A stretch of DNA of 64,000 nt from an uncultured Chloroflexia bacterium (GTDB lineage: Bacteria; Chloroflexota; Anaerolineae; B4-G1; SLSP01), in NCBI GenBank assembly GCA_963751345.1, contig CAVVUS010000014.1, forward strand, positions 64,001-128,000. Reading direction: 5' to 3'. Shown here piece by piece: positions 11,401 through 21,623 of the stretch. Every line of letters begins with the position of its first letter. Position 1 is the first letter of the stretch. Position numbers and translations under genes: made by a program. The notes under the pieces were generated by a model. The model worked only from the letters and a program-made list of their open reading frames with translations. It ran no database searches and was not told the origin of the DNA.

Positions 11401-12931
11401 TGCCGCCACCGGACTGTACAGCCGCACCACAGTGTCACGTTTGGTGTCCGCGACCTCACCCAGCCGTGTCCACGCAAACTGCTCAGCCACATGCCGGTAG
11501 GTAACCTCCCCTACCCACACCGTACCGGGGAGTATCTGTTCCCGAATGTCACGCAATTGATCGATCACCGTCGCGTGAGCTGCCACGCCGCCGTGTGCCC
11601 GGGCCAGGATGATGGCCTCGCCCGTGTTGACGCCTACAGCTGAGGGCCCGACCACGGACCTCGCCCTGCATCGAATCCAGTGTCTCGTCCGCGGTGACTG
11701 CTCGCATGATGCTCAGCGCCGCCAACACGGCACGTCTGGCATCATCCTCGTGCGCAACATCCGCCCCAAAGGCAGCCACGAATCCGGCGTCATACGTTTG
11801 TACGATCGTGCCGCCATAGTGCATCACCGCTCCTCGCGCACCTTCGAGGACCTCGTGCAATGTCTCAGCCCACATTTCGAGATCCGCACCCGCTACCGGC
11901 CTCTCTATGCCGCTGGTTTCAGCCAACAGGAAGGTCACGGTACGGCGTTCGCCTCCTGAGAGCAATCCGCTCCTTGTGCCATCCTCTTCGATACGCTGTG
12001 GGGGAGCCCCAGATCGTGACAGTACGGGACCAGGCGGACGCTGTCCGGGGATGATCGACCGATCTGACATAGCAGCTTGGTCCACGGTGCTCCAAGCCTG
12101 ATCCGTCGGGCCCTGGGCCAAGGGCGCTGACTCTGGACTCAAAGGCGAGCCCAGTTCGCCACGGCGGATCTGCGCATAGAGATCCCTCGTCGCTGCCTCC
12201 GGCTCGATCCCCAGCTCCTCCTCCAAGATCCGCACGCAGCTCTCGTACTGCGCCATGGCCGTGGCGCGTTGCCCACCAAGTGCCAACGCGCGCATCGTCT
12301 GCCGGTGCGCGCTCTCCCGCCACGGCTCCAACTCAATCTGCCGCCGCGCATAGGCCAGGCTCTCCCGGTAGCCTCCCCGCTGCTCGTGATGCGTGGCCAG
12401 TTGCCCTAACGCGTCCAACACCCGCACGTGGAGCGATTCCCGCTGCGTCACCATCCACCCCTCAAACGCCGCCGAAGGATACGAGAACCCCGCCATGAAA
12501 TCACCACGGTACAACTCCGCCGCCACCGTCAGGCGCTCCACACACGCTGTGTCCAACTCTGTCCCTGTAGGGGCATGCCGGCCAACCCAGCGGAGGTGCT
12601 CGTCGAAGGTGTGGAGATCCACCGAAATGTCGCTGCCCACATCCAACTGCAGGTCACCTCGGGAGATCAACAAGTAAGGAGGATCGGCATTGCGGTCGCT
12701 GATGGCGTTCCGCAATCTGTAGAGGGTAGTGCGCAGGTTCCGAAGGGCATCGGCATCCGGCCATTCCGGCCAGAGCAGACCGGCCAAGACCTCACGCGGC
12801 ACAGGGCGTTCCGCGTTGGCAGCCAAGTAGGCCAGCAGAGCCCGCGCAGCCTCTGCCTCGAAATCGATTGCGGGCTCTCCGTCGCGTGAGATCCGCATCG
12901 ACCCCAGCAACTCGATGGTCAGTGTTCCCAT
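8456..12931 (-). CDS. SARP-type wHTH/BTAD + degenerate cyclase + P-loop NTPase + TPR regulator, copy 2 (frameshifted)
   Basis: Same architecture as copy 1 (GEAGIGKSRL, LDDLHWAD, AEGNPFF); ORFs 11549-12931, 9748-11655, 9138-9764, 8456-9121. Confidence 0.85.
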
Positions 12932-13124
12932 CCCACTCCTATCCCCCGCCCACAAGGGATGGATGCCACAGGACAATCTCTACTCATCATTTTACCCCGG
13001 AACGACGGGAAACGAAGGAACTTTGCACTCGCAAGGGTCGTGACGACCTCGTCGCACTTATGTGTCGTTTTCGATGCGCCTCTGCGCTTCAGTAAGCACA
13101 GCAAGAGAGAACGGAGAGGCGCAT

Positions 13125-14039
13125 ATGGACGGAAAAGGACGGCGATGGATCCTTGTACGGATCACAATGATATTGATGTGCTTGCCCGTGCTGTTCATGC
13201 CCGGACGTACGGCACAGGTTGACGCGATGGGCGTTACCACGACGGTGAAAACCGGCACGCCTATGACGACGGAAGAACACAATGCCCTCACCCGACGAGC
13301 CTTGAATCTGGTTGGATGGCCCCGGAACCTGCACTATGGCTTCCTCGCCACGTGGCCTTCCGATCGACTGGACCGCCTGGTGAAATGGATGGAGCTGGGA
13401 TTTCGCATCGATGGGCCCTGGCAATCGGATGAGCTGAACCTTGTGCTCGACGTCATGGGCGATTTTAGCGCCATCTATGGCGAATCCCGATTTGCAGAGA
13501 TTGTCAGGGCTGCTGTCCTGGCCGGCTCAGGTGGCACGCGTCAGGACCTGTGGCTGGTTAAGGACAACGGTCAAGCGATCTCCGTCGCCGCCTGGTATCC
13601 GACAGCGGGCCGCATAAGCATTTGGAACGGGTTATTCGACGATGGGGTTTTGGCCGCTCACTATCACTGGGACTTTCTGACAGGTCCCTACGTTCATACT
13701 GACAACGAAATCGATCTTACGCGCGTCATCGTCGGCCACGAATTCGGCCACATCGTGATCCACGGGCTCCAGGCAGAAGCGGAAGCTGCCGGGTATCACC
13801 GCGCCTCGCTCGAGCACATCTACAGCCACTTCGCGGACCCCTCACTGCGACCCCATGGATATGGGAGCACCCAGGAGAGTCTGGCGACGGAGATTGCCGT
13901 CTGGGCACTGGGTATCGGCCGTCCTCCCGAGGTAACGAAGTTCCGGAACGCTTTCCTCCGCCCCACGGTCGAGGGTTCATCGTGGGTCGAGGAAGCTATG
14001 CCCCTCCTCGCGCAGGCCTCGGCCCACGGCGCGCGATGA
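13125..14039 (+). CDS. Secreted HExxH hypothetical protein, copy 2 (paralog of 7458-8363)
   Basis: Signal peptide; shared blocks RIDGPW, AISVAAWYPTAGR, VIVGHEFGH, LATEIAVWALGI, identical end AHG(A/G)R. Confidence 0.7.
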   Translation: MDGKGRRWILVRITMILMCLPVLFMPGRTAQVDAMGVTTTVKTGTPMTTEEHNALTRRALNLVGWPRNLHYGFLATWPSDRLDRLVKWMELGFRIDGPWQSDELNLVLDVMGDFSAIYGESRFAEIVRAAVLAGSGGTRQDLWLVKDNGQAISVAAWYPTAGRISIWNGLFDDGVLAAHYHWDFLTGPYVHTDNEIDLTRVIVGHEFGHIVIHGLQAEAEAAGYHRASLEHIYSHFADPSLRPHGYGSTQESLATEIAVWALGIGRPPEVTKFRNAFLRPTVEGSSWVEEAMPLLAQASAHGAR

Positions 14040-14234
14040 CCCCCTAACGTGCAGAACACCCTCGACGGCCCGGTGGCCGTCGAGGGTGCGCGCGTAGCTT
14101 CGAATGCCCCTCGCGCTTCGCACAAGGACAGGTATGATAGGGCCGTAACGGCGCCCGAGCCGGAGCGCTATGTAAGACACCGGTCGAGAGTCCCTTCATA
14201 GAACCTTGACCCGTTATGTCCCAGAGGTCGTCAA

Positions 14235-14390
14235 ATGCGACGGTTCCGCTCCACAGTCGCTTGTTTGGTCGTATGCGCGGCAATAGCGTTGCTTCCTCCC
14301 GCAACAAACGCCACCCTGACCCACGCGGCTGACGGGTTGTGGGACGACGCGTGGCCCTACCGCAGTCCTGTGACCGTGAGCGGCAGCTAG
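14235..14390 (+). pseudogene. 51-aa ORF: signal peptide plus WDDAWPYRSPVTV; probable truncated secreted-protein remnant
   Basis: MRRFRSTVACLVVCAAIALLPPATNATLTHAADGLWDDAWPYRSPVTVSGS*; AGAGG upstream; below the ORF-track length cutoff. Confidence 0.45.
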
Positions 14391-14430
14391 GAATCCACCA
14401 AGACCCTATCGCAAGCAAAGGAGAAAGAGT

Positions 14431-14976
14431 GTGACTGTAAATGAAGCCCAACGAGAGATGCGTTCCGTATTCCAGGGCGGCTACATCGGCCAGGCAGTAT
14501 CAGGAATTCTATGGCTGATCTCCGCTGCACTGGGCACGTGGGTGAGTACGAGGCTGGGCATCATGTCGTTGTTCATAGGCGGTATGTTGATCTATCCGCT
14601 GACACAGCTCACCCTCAAGTTGGCGGGGCGTCCGGCCTCGCTAAGCTCAGGGAATCCCCTGCAACAGCTAGCGCAACAGGTGGCCTTTATCGTTCCCTTG
14701 TGCATCCCCGTGATTGCTGCTGCAACGCTGTACAACGTGAACTGGTATTATCCGGCGTTCATGGTCATCGTCGGAGCGCACTACCTTCCGTTCGTGTTTC
14801 TCTACGGTATGTGGCACTATGCCCTTCTGACCGCCCTGCTCATCGGCGGGGGTGTTGCCATCGGGTATACAATGCCTGATAGCTTCGCCGTGGGGGGATG
14901 GGTCACGGGCGGCCTGCTGGTGGCATTCGCTGTGGTTGTGTCAAGAGTATGGTCCCGTACCACAGAAGCGAGGTGA
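14431..14976 (+). CDS. Integral membrane protein (DUF7010-like)
   Basis: About 6 TM segments; NPL..LA and MVIVGAHYLPF motifs. Confidence 0.7.
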   Translation: MTVNEAQREMRSVFQGGYIGQAVSGILWLISAALGTWVSTRLGIMSLFIGGMLIYPLTQLTLKLAGRPASLSSGNPLQQLAQQVAFIVPLCIPVIAAATLYNVNWYYPAFMVIVGAHYLPFVFLYGMWHYALLTALLIGGGVAIGYTMPDSFAVGGWVTGGLLVAFAVVVSRVWSRTTEAR

Positions 14977-14977
14977 G

Positions 14978-16129
14978 ATGATCAGAGAAGAAGGGCTGAG
15001 CATTGCAGTCGTGGGGCTGGGCTTCGGGGCGGAGTTCGTCCCGATCTACCTCGACCATCCGGACGTGCGCTCAGTATCGATCTGTGACACGAATCCGGGT
15101 CGGCTAAGCAGGACCGCTGGTATGTTCCCCGTGGACCAGTGCTTCGAGGATCTGGATGAGGTACTTGAGAGCGACAGCATCGATGCGGTTCACCTTGTGA
15201 CCGGCATCCCTGATCATGCCTCACAGGCTATCGCCGTACTCAAGGCCGGCAAACACTGCGCTTGCACGGTCCCGATGGCGACGAGCATCGAAGACCTCAG
15301 GGCGATCATCGCGGCCCAGCGCGAAGCCGAACGGAACTACATGATGATGGAGACGGCGGTCTACACGCGCCAGTTCCTCTATGCGAAAGGGTTGCGGGAT
15401 CGAGGTGAGTTCGGCCGCATCCAGTTCCTCCGTGGCGCGCACTATCAGGATATGGAGCGTTGGCCTCCCTATTGGGCCGGGCTTCCGCCAATGTGGTACG
15501 CCACGCACGCGGTAGCTCCCCTCCTTGCGCTCGCAGAGACGAGAGCCGCCAAGGTCCACTGCTTTGGCTCCGGACAGATGCGTGAGGAACTACGTGCACA
15601 GTACGGCAACCCCTATCCAGTCGAGACTGCCATCTTCCAGCTCGAGAGCCCGGGTCTGTCCGCGGAGGTCACCCGCACGCTCTTTCACTGCGCAAGGCAC
15701 TATATGGAGAGCTTCACCGTCTACGGTGAGAACGCCTGCTATGAGTGGCAAATGGAAGACGAGCATCCGCTCCTGATGCGGATGAGCCCGCTGGTTCCAG
15801 GCGAAACACGGCGCCAGGAGCCTGTGACCCGACCCGAGCCGCCGGACCGCGCGGATCTGCTTCCCCCCTCTATCGCCCGCTACACGCAACGCTTCGTCTA
15901 CGGGAAGGACGCGCATCACCTATCGTTCGAGCAAGGGGGTGGCCACCACGGATCGCATCCGCACCTGGTGCACGAGTTCGTCCGCAGCATCGTCGAAGGA
16001 CGGTCGCCCAAAATCGATGCCGTCACTGCCGCTAACTGGACGGCTGCCGGTATCTGCGCGCATGCGTCGGCGATGGCTGGGGGCTGTGAGATACTCGTCC
16101 CGGATTTCTCTGATGGACCGCCCCGGTGA
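14978..16129 (+). CDS. Gfo/Idh/MocA family oxidoreductase
   Basis: VVGLGFGAEF, GKHCACTVPMA, GGGHHGSHPHLVHEF. Confidence 0.88.
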   Translation: MIREEGLSIAVVGLGFGAEFVPIYLDHPDVRSVSICDTNPGRLSRTAGMFPVDQCFEDLDEVLESDSIDAVHLVTGIPDHASQAIAVLKAGKHCACTVPMATSIEDLRAIIAAQREAERNYMMMETAVYTRQFLYAKGLRDRGEFGRIQFLRGAHYQDMERWPPYWAGLPPMWYATHAVAPLLALAETRAAKVHCFGSGQMREELRAQYGNPYPVETAIFQLESPGLSAEVTRTLFHCARHYMESFTVYGENACYEWQMEDEHPLLMRMSPLVPGETRRQEPVTRPEPPDRADLLPPSIARYTQRFVYGKDAHHLSFEQGGGHHGSHPHLVHEFVRSIVEGRSPKIDAVTAANWTAAGICAHASAMAGGCEILVPDFSDGPPR

Positions 16130-16345
16130 GTGCGCAGGAACGCGTGACGTTGACAATTTCCGCGACAGCCGTGACAATCGGTGCAGTGACCAACACAGCC
16201 ATCTTCTCCGGCACTGAGGTGCTGACCGAGACTGCGCATCTGTTGATCTATGGGTCGCAGACGTATCTGCCCCTCGTGCTCAAGAGATGACGAAATTGGT
16301 TTCCAAGGCAGCTATGGATCATCCCAAACCCGGAGGTATTGCGAA

Positions 16346-17785
16346 ATGACAGAGCTGGAGATCACTCGAGGACCGTTTGAGCCCACCTGGGAATCACTGC
16401 GGCAGTTCACGTGTCCGGACTGGTTTCGAGACGCGAAGTTCGGCATCTGGTCACATTGGGGACCGCAAGCCGTACCGATGTATGGGGACTGGTATGCCCG
16501 CAACATGTACATGGAGGGCTCTCCCCAATACCGGTATCACTGGCGGAAATACGGGCATCAATCGGTCTTCGGATACAAAGATGTCGTCAAGCTGTGGAAA
16601 GCAGAGGCTTTCGATCCGGAAGCCCTGATGGATCTGTTCGTAGATGCCGGCGCCAAGTATTTCGTCGCCCAGGCAGCGCACCACGACAACTTTCACAACT
16701 GGAACTCGACGCACCATCGCTGGAACTCGGTCAAGGTTGGCCCGGGCAAGGACATCGTCGGCCTTTGGAGAGATGCAGCCCGCAGCCGTGGCCTGCGCTT
16801 CGGACTCTCCGAGCACATCGGCGCCAGCTTTCACTGGAACCGTCCCAGCAAGGACGCAGACAAGACCGGCCCCTATGCGGGCGTTCCTTACGACGGTAAC
16901 GATCCAGCCTACGAGGACCTGTACATTCCGAACCGCGACGCCAAGAACCTGAGAGACGGGGGCGAATGGTACACCGATAATCCGTGGTGGCACGAACGGT
17001 GGTACACGTACGTCAAGGAGGTCATCGACCTCTATCAGCCGGATCTGCTCTACTCAGATGGCGGCGTGCCCTTCGGCGACTACGGGTTGTCGATCATTGC
17101 GCATCTCTACAACTCGAGCGCCCTCCAGCACGGTCAAAACGAAGCGGTCTACAACCAGAAAGACAGAAAGCCCGAGGTATTCTCCGTGGGCGTGTTGGAC
17201 CTGGAGCGCAGCAACCAGCCGGACATCCGGCCCTTCGTCTGGCAGACCGATACCAGCGTCGGCGATTGGTTCTACAACGTGCGGGATGTCTACAAGACGC
17301 CCAAACAGGTCGTCGAGACCTTGGTCGACATCGTGAGCAAGAACGGCAATGTCCTGCTGAACTTCCCCCAACGACCGGATGGCACGCTGGACGACGAGTG
17401 CATGTACATCCTCACGTCATTGGCGCGCTGGATCAAGGTGAATGGCGAAGGCATCTACGGCACGCGTCCCTGGAAGATGTCCAGCGAGGGGCCGTCAAGC
17501 GTCGTGATCGAGGGATTCAGAGAGGATGCCGTCAACTGGGGCGTGGAGGACTTCCGGTTCACGGCCAAGGGCGACACCGTCTACGCCTTCATGATGAAGT
17601 GGGCCGAAGGCGGCAGGACCGTCATCCGCAGCCTGGCCAAGGGCAGCATGCCGCAGATAACCTCAGTCACCCTGCTGGGCACGGGGCCGGTGGCCTTCGA
17701 GCAGACCGTGAGAGGGGTCGCTATCGACCTCCCGATGGAGAAGCCGTGTGACTACACCCAGTGCTTCCGCGTCACGTTCGCCTAG
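16346..17785 (+). CDS. Alpha-L-fucosidase (GH29)
   Basis: WESL..PDWFRDAKFGIWSHWG, AAHHDNF, PDLLYSDG, DIVSKNGNVLLN, NGEGIYGTRPW. Confidence 0.92.
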   Translation: MTELEITRGPFEPTWESLRQFTCPDWFRDAKFGIWSHWGPQAVPMYGDWYARNMYMEGSPQYRYHWRKYGHQSVFGYKDVVKLWKAEAFDPEALMDLFVDAGAKYFVAQAAHHDNFHNWNSTHHRWNSVKVGPGKDIVGLWRDAARSRGLRFGLSEHIGASFHWNRPSKDADKTGPYAGVPYDGNDPAYEDLYIPNRDAKNLRDGGEWYTDNPWWHERWYTYVKEVIDLYQPDLLYSDGGVPFGDYGLSIIAHLYNSSALQHGQNEAVYNQKDRKPEVFSVGVLDLERSNQPDIRPFVWQTDTSVGDWFYNVRDVYKTPKQVVETLVDIVSKNGNVLLNFPQRPDGTLDDECMYILTSLARWIKVNGEGIYGTRPWKMSSEGPSSVVIEGFREDAVNWGVEDFRFTAKGDTVYAFMMKWAEGGRTVIRSLAKGSMPQITSVTLLGTGPVAFEQTVRGVAIDLPMEKPCDYTQCFRVTFA

Positions 17786-17824
17786 GACACGCAGGGGCAA
17801 TCCGGCACAGATAAGGTGGGAAGT

Positions 17825-18622
17825 ATGACCTATGCTGCAGCCAACAAGGAGGCCTGGGAAGAGGCCTTCGAGAAGCACCAACAGGGATATAAGATCGATC
17901 CTGCCGACAGGCTCCTGGAGCACGAAGGCACCTTTCTCGACGAGCCGGTGATCGAGGCCTTGAAGCGGATCGGGGTCGCGGGCAAGGTCGCGGGACAGTT
18001 CTGCTGCAACAACGGGCGCGAGCTGCTCTCCGTCGTCAAGATGGGAGCCCGAAACGGCATCGGCTTCGACATCGCCGAGAACTTCATCGAGGAGGGCCGC
18101 AGGATCGCCGCCAAGGCCGGGCTCAATGCGACCTTCTACGCCACGGATATCGCCAACATTCCGGCGACGCTCGACGGTATCGTCGATGTGGCCCTCATCA
18201 CGGCGGGAGCGTTGACGTGGTTCGAGGATCTCACGGCGTTCTTTCACAAGGTCGCCCAGGTCCTGGTGCCGGGTGGCGTCGTACTGATCCACGAGATCCA
18301 TCCCTACACCAACATGCTCGCGATGCAGGGAGAGCCGCCGTTTGATGCGGCGCACCCGGACAAAGTCGCGTACAGCTACTTCCGGACCGAGCCTTGGGTG
18401 GAGACGGACGGCGTGGACTACGTGGGCGGGACCACCTATCTCTCCAAACCCCTCTACAGCTTCTCCCACACGGTCGCCAACATCATCAGTGCCGTCGCCC
18501 GGAACGGCATGGTGATCGAGGAGATGCACGAGTACCCGACGGATATCTCGGCGAGTTTCGGCCATCTTGACGACCGTGGGGTACCGCTTTCCTTCCTGCT
18601 TCAGGCTCGAAAGGGAGCGTGA
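17825..18622 (+). CDS. Class I SAM-dependent methyltransferase
   Basis: ANKEAW N-terminus, CCNNGRE motif I variant, LVPGGVVLIHEIHP. Confidence 0.8.
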   Translation: MTYAAANKEAWEEAFEKHQQGYKIDPADRLLEHEGTFLDEPVIEALKRIGVAGKVAGQFCCNNGRELLSVVKMGARNGIGFDIAENFIEEGRRIAAKAGLNATFYATDIANIPATLDGIVDVALITAGALTWFEDLTAFFHKVAQVLVPGGVVLIHEIHPYTNMLAMQGEPPFDAAHPDKVAYSYFRTEPWVETDGVDYVGGTTYLSKPLYSFSHTVANIISAVARNGMVIEEMHEYPTDISASFGHLDDRGVPLSFLLQARKGA

Positions 18623-18637
18623 GGCGAGCGACATCTG

Positions 18638-18700
18638 ATCTTCCGGGAAGCTAAGAGGCCGGTCTCATCCGGAGACTTGCCTCCAAGCTTCCCGGAAGAT
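18638..18700. repeat. REP-like element, family A copy 2
   Basis: ATCTTCCGGGAAGCT (18638-18652) ... AGCTTCCCGGAAGAT (18686-18700). Confidence 0.8.
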
Positions 18701-18726
18701 TTTCGGCGGGAAGCTCCGCGTAACCG

Positions 18727-19941
18727 CTACGGTCGCGCCCCCAGCGTGAGCGGCAGCGTCAACGTCTGACCGTCGCGCAGCACCGTGAGCTCGAGCGTTT
18801 GGCCTACCTCCGTATGGAGGACGAGGTAGGTGTTCAGATCCGAGAAGCCGTTGATCGGCTGCCCATCGATCGCGATAATCAGGTCGCCTCCCTGACCCGT
18901 CTGGAGATCCGCACCCACCAGGCCCGCCTGATCCGCCGGGCTGCCGGGCGTCACGGAGATAACGTACGCTCCCCGGGTCTGGGAGATGCCGTACAGGTCC
19001 AGCTCCGACAGAGATATCTCGCCGTCGAAGCTGACACCCATGTAGGAATAGGTCACCTTACCCTCTGATATCAAACTGGGTGCCACGCGCTTCACGACAT
19101 CCACCGGGATGGAGAAGCCCACACCCGAGTTGGTCCCCGTCGTGGTCGCAATGGCAGCATTGACGCCGATCACCTCACCCTGCAGGTTGAGCAGCGGCCC
19201 GCCGGAGTTGCCGGGGTTGATCGGCGCATCGGTCTGGATCACCTGAGGTAGGGAGTAAGTGCTGCCGGTCGTCGTCGTTCGTTGGGACGGCAGGCTTCGA
19301 TCCAACCCGCTGATGATCCCAAACGACATCGAGCCCTGCTCGCCGAAGGGATTGCCGATCGCGACGGCCAATTGGCCCACCGCGACCGGATCGTTCGCCA
19401 GGGGAATCGGTGCGACGCCGTCAGGCAGGCTCTCGACCCGGAGCACTGCCAGATCGCTGTCGGGGTCAGTGCCGACCAACTCGCCACTCTCGCGGTCACC
19501 GTTCGAGAATACAATCTCATAGCTATCGCCGGCCTCGACGACGTGATTATTGGTCACGATGTAGCCGGCACCACTGCCATCCGGTTCACCATAGACGAAG
19601 CCACTGCCACTCCCTCCCGAGGCAGCGAACCCGGTCCCAGAAGTCACGACGATGTACACGACCGAGGGATTGGCCTCGCGGTAGACGGCCATCAACGTAT
19701 CCTGAAGTGATATCGCGGATGCTTGCACGACCTCGGCGGCGACGGTAGGGGCAGGCGACTGAATCACCGGTGCTGTGTCGTCCCGCTTGCCCAGCGTCGA
19801 CTCCAGTGTCTTGGCCGTCGGAGTCACAGCGGTCCCCGTACCGGCAGCGCCCAGGGGAACGGATATCGGTCCACAGGCCGCCAACACCACGAGCATTGCC
19901 ACGATGGTGGCCGTCAGTCTCTTCACACGCGTTGCACGCAT
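18727..19941 (-). CDS. htrA: HtrA/DegP-family serine protease with PDZ domain, lipoprotein
   Basis: TNNHVV, SDLAVL, QTDAPINPGNSGGPL, C-terminal PDZ; lipobox LAAC. Confidence 0.9.
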   Translation of the reverse strand: MRATRVKRLTATIVAMLVVLAACGPISVPLGAAGTGTAVTPTAKTLESTLGKRDDTAPVIQSPAPTVAAEVVQASAISLQDTLMAVYREANPSVVYIVVTSGTGFAASGGSGSGFVYGEPDGSGAGYIVTNNHVVEAGDSYEIVFSNGDRESGELVGTDPDSDLAVLRVESLPDGVAPIPLANDPVAVGQLAVAIGNPFGEQGSMSFGIISGLDRSLPSQRTTTTGSTYSLPQVIQTDAPINPGNSGGPLLNLQGEVIGVNAAIATTTGTNSGVGFSIPVDVVKRVAPSLISEGKVTYSYMGVSFDGEISLSELDLYGISQTRGAYVISVTPGSPADQAGLVGADLQTGQGGDLIIAIDGQPINGFSDLNTYLVLHTEVGQTLELTVLRDGQTLTLPLTLGARP

Positions 19942-20072
19942 CACATTTCCTTCCCAGCTAAGCTCTTTTGTCGCCTTGTGTCTATCCGCTGATGCCCACC
20001 ATCGCACCACCGGATGGCTGCATTCCACTAGTATAGACTACGGGGCACGGCTGCAAATTACCTTTGACGCTA

Positions 20073-20089
20073 CTGAGAGGACACTGAGA
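20073..20089 (-). promoter_or_regulatory. Tandem TCTCAG-n5-TCTCAG box upstream of htrA
   Basis: CTGAGA at 20073 and 20084; TATACT -10 candidate on the minus strand at 20030-20035. Confidence 0.65.
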
Positions 20090-20115
20090 GTAGGACGCTC
20101 GGCCCAGACAAGGAG

Positions 20116-20153
20116 TGGCCCTGTGTGCCGGGCGGTTGGCACACAGGGCCGCT
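20116..20153 (-). terminator. GC-rich hairpin downstream of 20217-21232
   Basis: GGCCCTGTGTGCC ... GGCACACAGGGCC. Confidence 0.5.
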
Positions 20154-20216
20154 GCGAGGAGGAGAACAGAAGACTAGCCAGATCTCCCCAACTGATATCA
20201 AAGCCTTATGTAGAGA

Positions 20217-21232
20217 CTAGAGCGAGTCGCCTCCCCGAACCACCCGGCCCGGCATACGGAATCCAGTATCTGAGCCGGTGCCATTGTCTGTCGTGCCACC
20301 GCGAGGACCACGGAAGTCACCACGACCTCCGAACCCACCTCTCCCACCGGGCATATGCATGAACGGGCCCCCGGGCATCATGCCAAAGTCCAGCCGGTTC
20401 TGCATACTATCCGCCTGGTCCTGGGTGATCACGCCATCGGCAACCGCCTGGGCCAACGCGCCGTTGTAGGCCTCGACCAAGTTGGCGCGCACGGTTGCGG
20501 CATCGAGGCCGTTATCCGCCATCAAGCTTGAAAGCGTAGCACCTTGCGCGTAAGCTGCTTTTAGGTCCTCGACGCTCATACCCAGCGCCTTGGCGAGCAG
20601 CGTATCGCGGTCCAGGTAGCTCATCAGATTCTTCTGGGCGAGCATCCGGTCCGCCTGATCCTGCGTGATGATGCCCTCCGCCACGGCCTGGTCAAGTGCA
20701 TCCTGATTCGCCTGGTCGCGCGCTGCCTGCAACTGCACTGTCGTCACACCGAGGGCATCGGCCAACAGCGCCTCCTCGTCGATCTTGCCGTTCGCCACAC
20801 CCTGGGGGCCACGGCCAAAGGGAAGGAATCCGAACCTGTGCCGGGCAAGTCCACCCCAGACTAGCATGTTGTCAGCCTGTTCTTGCGTGATCAGGCCCTC
20901 ATCGACCGCTTGCGCGATCGCGGCAGTCCGAGCGCCCTCATAGGCCGTCTGTAGATCTTCAACTGGATGCCCAGCGCATTCGCCAGCAACTGCGTGTAGT
21001 CAATGGATCCTTCGAAGCTCGGACCTCCCCAACGACCGCCATGAGCCAGATAGCCATCACCCAGCAGGCCGGGTGTCGTCGACGCCTGTGTCATCGTCTC
21101 AAGATCACTCGACGTGAGTTTGGCCGCATTGACCAAGCCGGTCGTTCCAAACATCACCCCACCCGCAACAGCCAAGGCCACAACGGCCCCGATCAGGACC
21201 AGTCCCAGTTTCTTATTTCGATTTCTTAGCAT
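20217..21232 (-). CDS. Secreted or membrane-anchored helical-repeat hypothetical protein (1-nt frameshift near 20965)
   Basis: N-terminal TM/signal; three LLA.ALG...QAV..G.ITQ.QAD repeats; the frames join at ATC CA GTT, where a base is missing. Confidence 0.7.
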
Positions 21233-21434
21233 AGGTATAGTTTGACCTCCCACGACATTCCTTATTTCCAATTCAGGCCAACCAGGGTAAGTGCCCCGGT
21301 TGGCCTGAACGTCTCATCCAGTGCCATCCTCAAGTATGTGTTTGTCTATGCGGCACCTCCTTTGATGTTAAGCATCACAAGTCTAGTGTTCGCGCCGTTC
21401 CGTGTCCGGAACAATCTCAAGATACCAGACAAAG

Positions 21435-21462
21435 CTGAGAAAATCGTAAGAGGATGCTGAGA
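21435..21462 (-). promoter_or_regulatory. Three 11-bp-spaced TCTCAG-type boxes
   Basis: CTGAGA 21435, GTAAGA 21446, CTGAGA 21457. Confidence 0.6.
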
Positions 21463-21508
21463 GTTCGCCAAGGGCAGCGCTTTCAGCGCTTCAGAGGGCA
21501 GTTGACGT

Positions 21509-21540
21509 CAAAAGCCCCGACCGCGCGATCGGGGCTTTTG
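21509..21540. terminator. Intrinsic terminator-like hairpin
   Basis: CAAAAGCCCCGA ... TCGGGGCTTTTG downstream of the exporter operon. Confidence 0.65.
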
Positions 21541-21623
21541 TACACAGCGAGCCAAAGCAAGGAGTTATATCGGGCTCGCCGATTATTGTATCAGGTTGAC
21601 GCTCAAGCGACCTTAACCGCCGA

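Noticed and set aside
2777-12931. Avs/NLR-type antiphage STAND system
   Set aside because: The N-terminus is a wHTH-BTAD transcriptional activator with no nuclease, TIR or SIR2 effector.
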